DNA of 64,000 nucleotides from Verrucomicrobiota bacterium (GCA_049510745.1 JBEKYR010000004.1:96001-160000); one strand, 5' to 3'. Numbered from the stretch's first letter, positions 10,303 to 20,062 are shown. Numbers and translations: made by a program. Notes: generated by a model from the sequence alone, not told the origin.

Positions 10303-10536
10303 TTTCGTGGGGAGATTTCCAACACGCGCTGACAGGCTTCGCGAAACCCGCGATTTATGTAGCTTATCAGGCGCGCGAATTACTCGTGTCGTGTCCCCGA
10401 AATCGCTAAACACTTGCGCCAACTGCGCACCCACGGCCCTCAGTCCTTCCGCCTTCCTCGCCCACTCACTGACTCACTAATTCTTCTACTCACTGATTCG
10501 CTTGCCGTTGGCCCCTTTCCAGTGTTCAGTAAACGC

Positions 10537-11358
10537 ATGACTTTGGAAGATCATTTGGGCGACATTATTCGCAAGGGCCGGCTGGCTGGCGGCGTCGCGC
10601 CGGGCGTGGCGGCGCGGGCGGCCGGCTTGACCGAACCGGAACTCACCGCGCTGGAGGAGACCGGCCAACCTTCGCGCCCCGCCAACCTTCCGGCCCTGGC
10701 CGCCGCCATCGGCCTGGACGCCGCCAAACTCGAACGCATCGCCCGCGGCTGGCTGCCGGCTGTGCCCGACCTGGCGCAGTGGCGCGAATTCCGCCAGATC
10801 ACCACAACCGCCGACGGCCTGAGCGTCCACTGCTATCTCGTTTGGGATGAAGTTTTCCGCGACGCCGCGTTGTTCGACACCGGATGGGACGCCGCCCCGA
10901 TTTTCCAATTGATCGAGGAAAACGGCCTGGCCTTGCGGCATCTTTTCCTCACTCATTCGCACGAAGACCACATCGCAGCGATAGGCGACATTCGCGCGAA
11001 GTTTCCGAAAATCCATTTGCACAGCAACTCCAAAAGCTCGCCCCCGCAGCATCGCAACCGGGCCAACGATTTCGTGCATCTGGGCAGCCTGCGCATCACC
11101 AACCGCGACACCCCCGGCCACGCCGAGGACGGCGTCACCTATATCGTGGGCGGCTGGCCGGACGACGCCCCGCACGTCGCGCTGGTGGGCGACGCGATTT
11201 TTGCCGGTTCGATGGGCCGCGGGAACCAATCGTGGGAGTTGGCCCGGCAAAAAGTCCGCGACCAGATTCTCACCCTCCCGGCGGAGACATTGCTCTGCCC
11301 CGGCCACGGCCCCCTCACCACCGTCGCGCAGGAAAAAGCGAACAATCCGTTCTTTTGA
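10537..11358 (+). CDS. MBL-fold metallo-hydrolase (glyoxalase II-like) with N-terminal HTH-like region
   Basis: THSHEDH, TPGH, GDAIFAGS, PGHGP.TT..EK..NPF motifs. Confidence 0.88.
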   Translation: MTLEDHLGDIIRKGRLAGGVAPGVAARAAGLTEPELTALEETGQPSRPANLPALAAAIGLDAAKLERIARGWLPAVPDLAQWREFRQITTTADGLSVHCYLVWDEVFRDAALFDTGWDAAPIFQLIEENGLALRHLFLTHSHEDHIAAIGDIRAKFPKIHLHSNSKSSPPQHRNRANDFVHLGSLRITNRDTPGHAEDGVTYIVGGWPDDAPHVALVGDAIFAGSMGRGNQSWELARQKVRDQILTLPAETLLCPGHGPLTTVAQEKANNPFF

Positions 11359-11384
11359 CACCCGCCGCCAAAGCCAAATCCCGG

Positions 11385-11789
11385 TTAAGCCGCCTGCGTA
11401 TGGATGGAAGTCACGGTGATGCCACGGACGCGGAACATCGGTTTGCCCGGTTTCTCCGCCGTGATGAACTCTTCCGCGCCCTGGCCAATGGCCGCCGCCA
11501 AATGCAGCGCGTCCACCGCGGCCAGTCCGTATTGGCGCGCCAGTTCCCCGGCCTTCTCCCCCAATTCACGGCTCAACGGCTCCTCGCCTTTCACCGCGCG
11601 GAAATGCGTCTGGTAAAACTCCAGTTCCGCCTCTTGCTTGAAGAACGCCGGTTTGGAGAGCAACTCCAGCTTGACCAGTTGCGACGTGTAGAACTCGCGT
11701 CGCGGATCTTCCATCACCGCCAGCGCCGCCTCGGAATCCCTTCCGCGCCACGCCGTCAGCAACACGCCCGAATCCAGAAACGTCTTCAC
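11385..11789 (-). CDS. vapC: PIN-domain (VapC-like) toxin
   Basis: FLDSGVL, ELL, AVDALHLAAA, FITAE acidic PIN motif; GTG start overlaps the upstream stop. Confidence 0.85.
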   Translation of the reverse strand: MKTFLDSGVLLTAWRGRDSEAALAVMEDPRREFYTSQLVKLELLSKPAFFKQEAELEFYQTHFRAVKGEEPLSRELGEKAGELARQYGLAAVDALHLAAAIGQGAEEFITAEKPGKPMFRVRGITVTSIHTQAA

Positions 11790-12046
11790 GCCAGCCCTCC
11801 GCGCCGCTGCCGCAACTCTTCGGCAATGCCGTCGCTGTCGAGCAGTTCGCCGCCTTGCGCCAGAAACTGCTGGCGAAGCTTGAGCAACTTCCGGCCGGTG
11901 GCCGTTTTGGGCTGCCAGGCCGGGCCGGACTCGCGCGCCAGTTTTTCCGCCACCGCCTGGCGGACGAACTCGCTGCGATTGCCCGGAATCCGGCGCACGT
12001 CCGAGAGCGGCAGCTTGACCGATAACACCTTCAGATCATGTGTCAT
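11786..12046 (-). CDS. Putative antitoxin (ribbon-helix-helix-like)
   Basis: Small basic ORF (VLSVKLP...NRSEFVRQAVAEKL) coupled directly upstream of the PIN gene. Confidence 0.75.
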   Translation of the reverse strand: MTHDLKVLSVKLPLSDVRRIPGNRSEFVRQAVAEKLARESGPAWQPKTATGRKLLKLRQQFLAQGGELLDSDGIAEELRQRRGGLA

Positions 12047-12126
12047 ACCCAAAATGTACTACGCCTGGATTTTTCCGCAAGCTCTTCCTGGAAAGGACCA
12101 AGGATCAAATCCCTTAAAAATGAATG

Positions 12127-12155
12127 TTGACCCGTCAGAGGCCTGTTGCTACCTT
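12127..12155 (+). promoter_or_regulatory. sigma70-like promoter of the ilv leader
   Basis: TTGACC-17 bp-TACCTT with extended -10 TG at 12147. Confidence 0.6.
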
Positions 12156-12162
12156 GCCCGCG

Positions 12163-12216
12163 ATGAAATTTTTGGCCGGCCTGCCGTCAGTCGTCTGCGT
12201 CGTCGTTGTTGACTAG
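12163..12216 (+). CDS. ilv attenuator leader peptide MKFLAGLPSVVCVVVVD
   Basis: 17-aa ORF with 6 Val in its last 8 codons, directly upstream of a terminator hairpin and ilvN. Confidence 0.85.
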   Translation: MKFLAGLPSVVCVVVVD

Positions 12217-12250
12217 CGCGGCCTGAGGCATTGTGCCGGCTCACAGGCCG

Positions 12251-12280
12251 CCCGTCGTCCCACTCGGACGCGGGTTTTTT
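12251..12280 (+). terminator. Attenuator terminator hairpin upstream of ilvN
   Basis: CCCG(T)CGTCC-cactc-GGACGCGGG followed by TTTTTT, 5 nt before the ilvN ATG. Confidence 0.82.
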
Positions 12281-12285
12281 GATTT

Positions 12286-12759
12286 ATGCGACATACCATA
12301 TCCGTGCTCGTGGAAAACAAGTTCGGCGTCCTCACGCGCGTGGCCGGCCTCTTTAGCGGCCGCGGCTACAACATCGACACCCTCAACGTCGCCCCCACCC
12401 AGGCGCCCAACACCTCGCGCATGACCATCGTCACCCGCGGGGACGACGCCACCCTGGACCAGATCGTCAAACAACTCAACAAACTGGTCAACGTCATCGA
12501 GGTCCACGACTTCAGCGAGGCCGAATTCATCGACCGCGAGTTGATCCTGGTGCGGGTGGCGGTCAACGCCAAGACCCGGGCCGAGATCATGCAGATGACC
12601 GATATTTTCCGCGCCAAAATTGTCGATGTCCAGCCCAAGGCCATGACCATCGAGATCACCGGCGACGAAAGCAAAATCGAAAAGTTCCTCGGATTGATGA
12701 ACACCTTCGGCGTGCTCGAACTTTCCCGCACCGGCAAGATCGCCCTGGCGCGCAAATGA
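12286..12759 (+). CDS. ilvN: Acetolactate synthase small (regulatory) subunit
   Basis: MRHTISVLVENKFGVLTRVAGLFSGRGYNIDTL ACT domain; ends E..RTG..AL.R. Confidence 0.96.
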   Translation: MRHTISVLVENKFGVLTRVAGLFSGRGYNIDTLNVAPTQAPNTSRMTIVTRGDDATLDQIVKQLNKLVNVIEVHDFSEAEFIDRELILVRVAVNAKTRAEIMQMTDIFRAKIVDVQPKAMTIEITGDESKIEKFLGLMNTFGVLELSRTGKIALARK

Positions 12760-12794
12760 ATCCTTTAAGTCAAACCTAAAACAAAAACACTCCT

Positions 12795-13820
12795 ATGCCC
12801 GCAAAAGTCTATTCCGATCAACACGCCGACCTGAAACATCTCCAAGGCAAAACCCTGGCCGTCCTCGGCTTCGGTTCCCAGGGCCACGCCCACGCCCTCA
12901 ATTTGAAGGACAGCGGCTGCAACGTCATCATCGGCCTCTACGAAGGCAGCAAATCCATTCCCGTCGCAAAGTCCCACGGCTTTGAGGTGGTCTCCACCGC
13001 CGAAGCCGTGCGCCGCGCCGACGTGATTTTCGTCGCCATCCCGGACACCAAACAGCCCGCGGTGTACCAGCGCGACATCGCCCCCAATCTGGCGCCCGGC
13101 AAGACGCTGCTGTTTTCGCACGGCTTTTCGATTCATTTCAAAACCATTGTGCCGCCCAAAGACGTCAACGTCATCCTCGTCGCGCCCAAGGGGCCGGGCC
13201 ACATCGTCCGCCGCCAATTCACGGAGGGCAAAGGCGTGCCCGCGCTCATTGGCGTCTATCAGGACCCGGGCAGGAACTCCAAAAAAATAGCCCTCGCCTG
13301 GGCCAAGGGCATCGGCGCCACCCGCGCCGGCGTCCTCCAGACCAGTTTCAAGGAGGAAACCGAGACGGACCTCTTCGGCGAACAGACCGTGCTGTGCGGC
13401 GGCGCCACCGCCCTGATCCTGGCCGGTTACGAAACGCTCGTCGAAGCCGGCTACCAGCCCGAAATGGCCTACTTCGAATGCCTGCACGAACTCAAACTGA
13501 TTGTCGATTTGATGAACGAAGCCGGCATCAGCGGCATGCGCTTCTCCGTTTCCGAAACCGCCAAGTGGGGCGACGTCAGCGTCGGCCCGAAGATCATCGA
13601 CGCCAGCGTCAAGAAGAGGATGAAGGCGGCCCTCAAGGACATCCAGTCCGGCAAGTTTGCCAAAGGCTGGATCCGCGAATACAACGGCGGTTACAAGAAG
13701 TACAGCGCCCTCCTCAAAGCGGGCGAGAAGCACTCCATCGAGCGTGTCGGCGAACGCCTCCGCTCCCTCATGCCCTGGATGAAGAAGCGCTCCGTCAAAG
13801 GCGTCCAGGCGGCCTATTGA
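12795..13820 (+). CDS. ilvC: Ketol-acid reductoisomerase
   Basis: [56 protein letters not shown]. Confidence 0.97.
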   Translation: MPAKVYSDQHADLKHLQGKTLAVLGFGSQGHAHALNLKDSGCNVIIGLYEGSKSIPVAKSHGFEVVSTAEAVRRADVIFVAIPDTKQPAVYQRDIAPNLAPGKTLLFSHGFSIHFKTIVPPKDVNVILVAPKGPGHIVRRQFTEGKGVPALIGVYQDPGRNSKKIALAWAKGIGATRAGVLQTSFKEETETDLFGEQTVLCGGATALILAGYETLVEAGYQPEMAYFECLHELKLIVDLMNEAGISGMRFSVSETAKWGDVSVGPKIIDASVKKRMKAALKDIQSGKFAKGWIREYNGGYKKYSALLKAGEKHSIERVGERLRSLMPWMKKRSVKGVQAAY

Positions 13821-13836
13821 TATTTACAGTCCGGCC

Positions 13837-14724
13837 ATGCCGCCCTCCATGACCCGCCGCGAATTCGTGGCCGGGACCTCCGCCGGCCTGCTGTGCGCTG
13901 CGATGCAGTTGGACGCCGCGCCCGCGTTCGGCCAGCGCATTTGCGCCTTTGAAAAGCCGCTGCAATTTCTCAGCTACTCCGAGCTGGCCGATACCATGGC
14001 CATGCTCGGTTTCAGCGGCATCGAGGCAACCGTCCGTGCCGGCGGGCATGTTCTGCCAAAAAACGTCGAGGACGACCTGCCGCGCCTGCACGACGCCCTC
14101 CAAAACCGCGGGCTGGAAATCACGATCATGGCGACGGACATCAACGCCGCCGATCAACCCCAGGCGGAACTGGTCCTGCGCACCGCCGCCAAGCTGGGAA
14201 TTCGCCGCTATCGGATGCAGTGGTACCGCTACGACGCGCGCAAACCGATTCTCCCGCAACTGGACGAGATCGCAGCCAGGCTGCCGCCGCTGGCGCGGTT
14301 GACGCGCCAGTTGAGCATGTCGGCGATTTACCAAAATCATTCCGGCGCGGAGATGGTCGGCGCGCCCGTGTGGGACATTTATCGTTTGCTCAAGGATTAC
14401 GATCCGAAAACGATTGGGATTGGGTTTGATATTCACCACGCCACGGTGGAAGGCGGGCTGTCGTGGCCGATCCAGTTCAAGCTCATCGCCCCCAATCTGG
14501 CGGCCGTTTATGTGAAGGATTTTGTCTGGGAAAAGGGCAAGGTCAAGAGTGTGCCCCTGGGCGACGGGCAGGTGGACCGCAAGTTTTTCAAGATGCTCCG
14601 CGAGTCGGGATTCACCGGGCCGATTTGCCTGCACGTCGAATATCTCGACGGCAAGAAGGAAGACGCGCTGGCCAACGCCTTTGGCAAGGATTTGGCCACG
14701 CTCCGCTCCTGGCTGAAGACCTGA
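13837..14724 (+). CDS. Tat-exported sugar phosphate isomerase/epimerase (xylose isomerase-like TIM barrel)
   Basis: TRREF Tat signal; GFSGIE, YQNH, FDIHH, YVKDF, PLGDGQVD, GPICLHVEY. Confidence 0.85.
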   Translation: MPPSMTRREFVAGTSAGLLCAAMQLDAAPAFGQRICAFEKPLQFLSYSELADTMAMLGFSGIEATVRAGGHVLPKNVEDDLPRLHDALQNRGLEITIMATDINAADQPQAELVLRTAAKLGIRRYRMQWYRYDARKPILPQLDEIAARLPPLARLTRQLSMSAIYQNHSGAEMVGAPVWDIYRLLKDYDPKTIGIGFDIHHATVEGGLSWPIQFKLIAPNLAAVYVKDFVWEKGKVKSVPLGDGQVDRKFFKMLRESGFTGPICLHVEYLDGKKEDALANAFGKDLATLRSWLKT

Positions 14725-14732
14725 CGCCGCTC

Positions 14733-15248
14733 TTACGGCAGGCTCTCCAAGACAAACCGCGTTGCGCCGCGCACATCGGAATCGACCTGCGCCCATTCAT
14801 TGGAAAGCGGCGCGATCATTTCTGCGGGCATCGTCCGCGACATCTCCCCGCTGAATTCAAAGGCCGCGCTCACAGCCGCCATGGCCGGCGTGCCCGCCAC
14901 CTCGGCCGGTTTCGGAGGACGCGGCGCCGCCAGCCAGAAACTGATCGCGGCCAGCGCCGCCAGCACGGCGAGCGCCGATGCCGGCGCCAGCCAAAGAACG
15001 CGGGAGGCGCGCCGGGGCGCCCGCTCCGCCGCCGCCGCGCGGACGGCGCGCATGATGGAATTGTGGAGCGGCGCATCCGCCGGCATGACGCCGGGGGCGC
15101 GCCGGAAGGCGCGATCCATCTCCGCCGTCTGTTCGGCAAAGCCGCGCAACTCGGGCGAGGCGGCAATCTCCGCCCTGGCGGCCTCCGGCAAGGGCCGGCC
15201 CGCGTCCAGCGCATCGGAAATCCTGAATTTTGTCAATAATATCTTCAT
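14733..15248 (-). CDS. Putative anti-sigma factor (single TM)
   Basis: Coupled downstream of an ECF sigma; N-terminal ISDALD region, one hydrophobic helix. Confidence 0.6.
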   Translation of the reverse strand: MKILLTKFRISDALDAGRPLPEAARAEIAASPELRGFAEQTAEMDRAFRRAPGVMPADAPLHNSIMRAVRAAAAERAPRRASRVLWLAPASALAVLAALAAISFWLAAPRPPKPAEVAGTPAMAAVSAAFEFSGEMSRTMPAEMIAPLSNEWAQVDSDVRGATRFVLESLP

Positions 15249-15844
15249 GGGCTGCCTCCCTCGGTGGCGGGCGCCAGCGCCGGCGTTTCCCGCCCGGCCC
15301 GCCGCAACGGCCCGGCCAGTTTCTGGCGCGCGCGAAACAACAGCACTTTAACGTGCGTTTGGGTCTTGCCGAGCGCCTGCGCGATTTCCGCCACGTTCAT
15401 GTCTTCGGCGTAACGCAGCCAGATGGCCTGGTACTGGCCGTCGCCCAGATGCCGCCGGGCCAGCCGCCAGACATTCTCGCCCTCCTCGCGCCGCGCCAGC
15501 ACTTCGGCCGGATCGTCCAAATCCGGCAGGTCGGGCAGCGGGTCCTCGGAAACCGGGCGGAAATGGCGGTGCAAATCGACGCATCGGCGCCGGGCGATGG
15601 CGAAGAGCCACGGGGCAAAAGGCCGCCGGGTGTCGAATTGCGCAATCGCTTGAAACGCCCGCACAAAGGCGTCCTGGGTCACCTCGCGAGCCTCGGACGG
15701 ATTACACCGCCATTGCGCGGTGAAGGCATAAATGCGGCGCTCGTAACGCGACACCAATTCTTCAAAGGCCTCCAGCGAGCCGGCCTGGCTTTGCCGGGCC
15801 AGTTCCTCATCGGCGGCCGATTTCAGATCCATCTCCACAGTCAC
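15245..15844 (-). CDS. ECF RNA polymerase sigma factor
   Basis: AFEELVSRYE, AREVTQDAFVRAF, F.PWLF.IARR..D, LRY.EDM...EIA..LG....VK..LFRAR. Confidence 0.92.
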   Translation of the reverse strand: MTVEMDLKSAADEELARQSQAGSLEAFEELVSRYERRIYAFTAQWRCNPSEAREVTQDAFVRAFQAIAQFDTRRPFAPWLFAIARRRCVDLHRHFRPVSEDPLPDLPDLDDPAEVLARREEGENVWRLARRHLGDGQYQAIWLRYAEDMNVAEIAQALGKTQTHVKVLLFRARQKLAGPLRRAGRETPALAPATEGGSP

Positions 15845-16806
15845 GGCGAGGGGACGGAATTTGTCTCCTCCGATTTGTCCCGGGCTTTTTCCGCGGCGCC
15901 GGCTTTAATCAAATCCACGGCGTCCGCCTCCGGCATGGTCAAAGTCGCGATCACATTGACGCCATCTTGCCTTACGGAGACGGAGTTGGCCAGTTTCAAA
16001 GCGCCCGGATTCCCCTGCTGAAGTTTTCCCAGCGCGATGAGTCCCTGGGCGATGGCGGAAATCTGAGTGGCCGTGTCGGCATCGTTCGCTTCGAAACTGA
16101 CGGTGGCGCGAAGCTGGTCCTTGGCTTCGCCGACCTGGAAGCGCACCATTTTGGACATTTTCAACATGGCGGAATTCGGGTCTTTGCTGGCGAAATCGAA
16201 TTTGCTGACCATTCCCTGGAGAAAGGTCCCCGCGCCCGCCGCGCCCAATTCGGGCTGCGTTTTGCCGCCGGCCAGACTGGGCGCCTTGCCGTCCAGCACG
16301 TCCAACGCCCCCGCCACGGTTGATTCACTCTGGCCGAAGATAACACGGTTTCCCTGGATGGCGGCATAAAAGAGGCCCTTGTCCCCCCGCTCCGCTTTTT
16401 TCTTCTCGTCAATCCACGAGTGGATGAGGCGCGAGCCGTTGGTGATGCAGTGATAATCCGACGCCGCTTTGGCCAGAGTGATCAGGCGATTGGACTCGAA
16501 GTCGGCATAAAACAAGAGCACGCCATTCTGCGGTGTCTGGCCGGCGCTGTAGAAGGTCAGGCCGTGCAACTGCGTGCGCGGGTCGAAACTGAAGATCGCC
16601 TGGAACGCCGCCAGCTTGCCGGCCACCGCCGGCGCGTCCAATTGGGCCAGAATGGCCTTGCCAATGGCGGTGGCGCGCAAGCCGTCGCAATCGAAGTGAG
16701 CCACCACGGCGGGGCCTGCCGCCACATCAGCGCGCTGGAGCGGCGCGCTCCAACCCGTCCCACAGCCAAGGACAACGCCTGCCATCAAAAGAATTTGTTT
16801 CATCAT
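15841..16806 (-). CDS. Secreted hypothetical protein, first gene of the ECF operon
   Basis: Signal peptide; 4-bp overlap with the sigma gene. Confidence 0.7.
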   Translation of the reverse strand: MMKQILLMAGVVLGCGTGWSAPLQRADVAAGPAVVAHFDCDGLRATAIGKAILAQLDAPAVAGKLAAFQAIFSFDPRTQLHGLTFYSAGQTPQNGVLLFYADFESNRLITLAKAASDYHCITNGSRLIHSWIDEKKKAERGDKGLFYAAIQGNRVIFGQSESTVAGALDVLDGKAPSLAGGKTQPELGAAGAGTFLQGMVSKFDFASKDPNSAMLKMSKMVRFQVGEAKDQLRATVSFEANDADTATQISAIAQGLIALGKLQQGNPGALKLANSVSVRQDGVNVIATLTMPEADAVDLIKAGAAEKARDKSEETNSVPSP

Positions 16807-16911
16807 ATAATAGGGATACGCGCCAGGGCGCCGTTTGGTTACACATTTCGGTTTTGGGATTGCTCATTGACCCGGTCCTTTACATTCTGTGGCGCAAACA
16901 TCATTTGCCGC

Positions 16912-17397
16912 GTGGCGGACAAAGCACCAACTCCCAAGGCCGGTTCCAGCGTGCGGACGCTGTTGCAGGCGTTTTACGCGCTGCCCATTGTGTGCGTGCT
17001 GGGCATCTTCGGCTATCTGGCCTACTCCCGCCTGACCCACCAGGCCCCGCCGGTCCGCCAGATTTCCGCCAAGCCGTTCGCCACCGTCGCCCTCAACGGG
17101 CTGACCGCCAACCTCTTCACCCAGGGCGACACCCTGCGGGCCTCGGGCAACGATCTTTTCCTCGAATTCCGCGACCCGGCGGGAAAGCTGGTCGATGTGG
17201 GCGACGTCTCGCTGGAACTGGGCCTGAAAATGCCCGACGTGGTCATACACAGCATCGGCAAGGTGTTGCGCACCGCCACGCCCGGCCAATATCGAACCAC
17301 ACTCGAACCGCAAATGGCGGGCGATTGGACGGCCCAAATCACCTTCACCGGCCCCAAAGGCCAAGGCCAGGCCAGCCTGCCGGTAAAGGTGAAGTGA
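16912..17397 (+). CDS. Membrane-anchored YtkA/FixH-like Ig-fold protein
   Basis: Probable GTG start; one TM helix, then L.MP.M-like and PGQY......MAGDW motifs. Confidence 0.6.
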   Translation: MADKAPTPKAGSSVRTLLQAFYALPIVCVLGIFGYLAYSRLTHQAPPVRQISAKPFATVALNGLTANLFTQGDTLRASGNDLFLEFRDPAGKLVDVGDVSLELGLKMPDVVIHSIGKVLRTATPGQYRTTLEPQMAGDWTAQITFTGPKGQGQASLPVKVK

Positions 17398-17575
17398 CAC
17401 AGGGCAAGTATGAAGTCAGAAGGATGAAGGAAGAAGTCCGGTTCCGATGGGCGCAGGCGGGACGTAGGTGGCCTGAATTGCGCAGCACGTTGATAATCGG
17501 ACCAACGATGGGTTCGCCGTCTTCGGGGATTGGGTGCTGACGTTTTCCTTTGGCGGGCATGAAAAATAAAAAAGT

Positions 17576-17625
17576 ACTCCGTTTCGCTCCGTTTTACTCC
17601 GTTTCAGTCCGTCTTGCTCCGTTTT
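17576..17625 (+). repeat. Five tandem 10-bp units (consensus rCTCCGTTTy)
   Basis: actccgtttc gctccgtttt actccgtttc agtccgtctt gctccgtttt. Confidence 0.85.
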
Positions 17626-17913
17626 GGCCTCAAACCGATGGAGAACGGATCAGACCAACGATGGGTTCGTTCGGCCTCTCGCCGCAACCCCGTCTCAAAT
17701 CCCGTCATAGCCCCGGGGCTTTTCCTGCGGCGAGGGACAGGAGGTTTCCCGGCGACCGCGCTTCATGTCAAAGAGCGAGTCCTCGCACGCTGCGAATATG
17801 ACACAGTGTGGAGCTTTTGCAAGCTTTTTTGTAACTTTTAAATCCCCGCGAGTGCAGGACAAATTTCTTCGTCTTGTGCCGATCTGGGAATGAGGCGTTT
17901 CCGCCGCGTAGAA

Positions 17914-17957
17914 ACGCTCCGAGCGGGAATGCTCACGCAGGCGCAAAGGGCGCAGCG
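17914..17957 (+). repeat. ~45-bp imperfect direct repeat (partner at 19968-20013)
   Basis: acgctccgagcgggaatgctcacgcag--gcgcaaagggcgcagcg vs acgctccgagtgggaatactcgcgcagaggcgcaaagagcgcagag. Confidence 0.8.
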
Positions 17958-18074
17958 CGGCAGCCGCAACCCAATTTTCACCACGAAGGGGCGCACTTCC
18001 ACCATCACCCAGCATTTGTCCGGGTTGTGCTGGTTCCTGGTTGGGTTGGCCGGCGATAAAGTGGGTGTGGGGGA

Positions 18075-19355
18075 TCATTCGAGAACGCCGCGGCTGCTGG
18101 CGGGAGTCGGGACGGGGCGAACGGCAAACCACAACAGAGCCGCCACGATGGACAGGCCGGCGGCCACGTGCAGGGCGTTTTCCCAGCCGATCTGCCTGGC
18201 CAGGATGGGCGTCAGGGCGGGTGAGATCAATCCGCCAAGATTGCTGCCCATGTTCATGATGCCACCGGCCGTGCCGCTGCGGCGTCCGGCAATGTTCATC
18301 ATGGCCGTCCAGAAGGGACCTTCCACGCACAAGACAAACGCGGTCGCAAAGGCGAGGGAAATGGCCGCAATGATGGCGCTGCCGGTGTGTGCCCCGATGG
18401 AGATCAGGATGCCGGACATGGTCATGCCAAAAATCGGCACGGCCCGGCGGCCCCAAACCTGCCCGAGCCGTCCGGCGGCAAGGCGGTCGGAAATGAATCC
18501 CCCGAGTGGAATCGAAATGATGGAAAGAATCCACGGCAGGCTGCTCATCCAGGCGGCTTTCAACAAATCGAAGTTCCGTTCCTGGACCAGGTAGAGATAG
18601 AACCAGCTCACAAAGATGTAACCGACGTAGCCCTGAAGGGTGTAGCTGAGGGTGAGAAAAATGAATCCAGGTTGGAAGAGGCGCGAGGATCCGGCTGGAG
18701 ATGCGGGCGCGGGTGCCGGCGTGTCGCCGGGTGCCGCAGGGGTTTGCGGGATGCTGGCGGTCCCAGGAGGGGCGGTGATGCGCTGCCAGACGATGGCCAT
18801 GATCAGGGCGGGAAGTGCGGAGACGATCAAGGCCGTGCGCCAGCCAAAATGCACCATGACATGGGACACCAGCGGCGGCGCGATTGCCGAACCGACACCA
18901 ATTGCGCCGATGACAATGCCGTTGGCCCGGCCCTGGAGGGGCGGCGCCACCCAGCGTGATACGCCTTGTGCCGCGCCGGGAAAAGTCGGCGCCTCGGCAA
19001 TTCCAAGCGCCATCCGGCAGGCCATGAAAACCATCAACGTGGTTCCGGCGGTGGTTTGGAACGGACCACAGCCGACAATGGTTTGCAGCACGGTCAAGCC
19101 CACCCAGAGCCACGCCGCCACGGCCAGCACGCGGCGCGCGCCCCAGCGGTCTGCCAGCGCCCCGGCCGGAATCTGGAACAGCGCGTAACCGAGCAGGAAC
19201 GCGCTGAAGACCCGCCCCATCCGCACCTGGTCCAGGTTGAATTCCTTCATCAACAACGGCGCGGCGGTGGAGACGTTGACGCGGCAGATGTAGCTCGCGG
19301 TGGCGGTGGCCGAGAGAATCAGGACCAGGGTCCATGTTTTGGCGCCGGGTTTCAT
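18075..19355 (-). CDS. MFS transporter (anion:cation symporter-like)
   Basis: YICRVNVS, QIPAGALADRWGARR, R..LGIAEAP.FP, GWR; about 12 hydrophobic helices. Confidence 0.92.
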   Translation of the reverse strand: MKPGAKTWTLVLILSATATASYICRVNVSTAAPLLMKEFNLDQVRMGRVFSAFLLGYALFQIPAGALADRWGARRVLAVAAWLWVGLTVLQTIVGCGPFQTTAGTTLMVFMACRMALGIAEAPTFPGAAQGVSRWVAPPLQGRANGIVIGAIGVGSAIAPPLVSHVMVHFGWRTALIVSALPALIMAIVWQRITAPPGTASIPQTPAAPGDTPAPAPASPAGSSRLFQPGFIFLTLSYTLQGYVGYIFVSWFYLYLVQERNFDLLKAAWMSSLPWILSIISIPLGGFISDRLAAGRLGQVWGRRAVPIFGMTMSGILISIGAHTGSAIIAAISLAFATAFVLCVEGPFWTAMMNIAGRRSGTAGGIMNMGSNLGGLISPALTPILARQIGWENALHVAAGLSIVAALLWFAVRPVPTPASSRGVLE

Positions 19356-19828
19356 GCCAGCCGTTTATGCATCAGCACCTCGGCGGCGCCAGGGATGATA
19401 TAGTCGTCGAACTGGCCAACCTGCTTGTAGCCCAGACGTTCGTAGAACGCGCGCGCCCGCGGGTTGAAAGAAGAAACACAGAGGAACATGTGCCGGGCCT
19501 TGGGCCGGAAGTAATTCTCGGCGAACTCCAGCAACTTCGCGCCGACTCCGCGGCTGCGCTGCCCCGGAGCTGTCGCAATCCACTTGACGTAAGGACTCCC
19601 GGCGACGCCCCGTTGCTGCAGCACCACGACCCCGCACCGCTCGCCCTCGCATCGCGCCACAAAAATCAGATAGGCTGCATCCTGGCAGACCTCGCGGCAT
19701 TGCGCCAGGGTGGTGCCGAGATGGCGCCACGGGTCTGTTTCGGCAAACAGGCGCACTGCCCAATCGCGGTCGGCATCAGTTATTGGCGAGATGTCCACAT
19801 ACATTTCATCCCGGTTCATCCGCCCCAT
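19352..19828 (-). CDS. GNAT acetyltransferase (start uncertain)
   Basis: QRSRGVGAKLL and N.RARAFYERLGY acetyl-CoA motifs. Confidence 0.88.
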   Translation of the reverse strand: MGRMNRDEMYVDISPITDADRDWAVRLFAETDPWRHLGTTLAQCREVCQDAAYLIFVARCEGERCGVVVLQQRGVAGSPYVKWIATAPGQRSRGVGAKLLEFAENYFRPKARHMFLCVSSFNPRARAFYERLGYKQVGQFDDYIIPGAAEVLMHKRLA

Positions 19829-19986
19829 TCAATCTGTTGCCAGTCCAATGTCAATCACGGGGCCAAGCTCAATGCCTGTTCACTGATGATGCCTGTGGCC
19901 TCCGCTCGTTGTCTGGAGCATCACTTGCGAACGTGCAACCCTGAAAAGACGGTGGTCATCATGCACCACGCTCCGAGTGGGAATAC

Positions 19987-20062
19987 TCGCGCAGAGGCGC
20001 AAAGAGCGCAGAGAGGGAGGAAGAAAACAGTTTTTCTCTGCGCGCTCTGCGGCTCTGCGCGA
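19987..20062. repeat. Intergenic inverted repeat (28-bp arms, 25/28 identical), CGCAGAG-type REP-like element
   Basis: tcgcgcagaggcgcaaagagcgcagaga ... tctctgcgcgctctgcggctctgcgcga. Confidence 0.85.

Noticed and set aside
17500..17669. CRISPR array
   Set aside because: Only two 17-bp copies 153 bp apart plus a spacerless 10-bp tandem; no cas genes.
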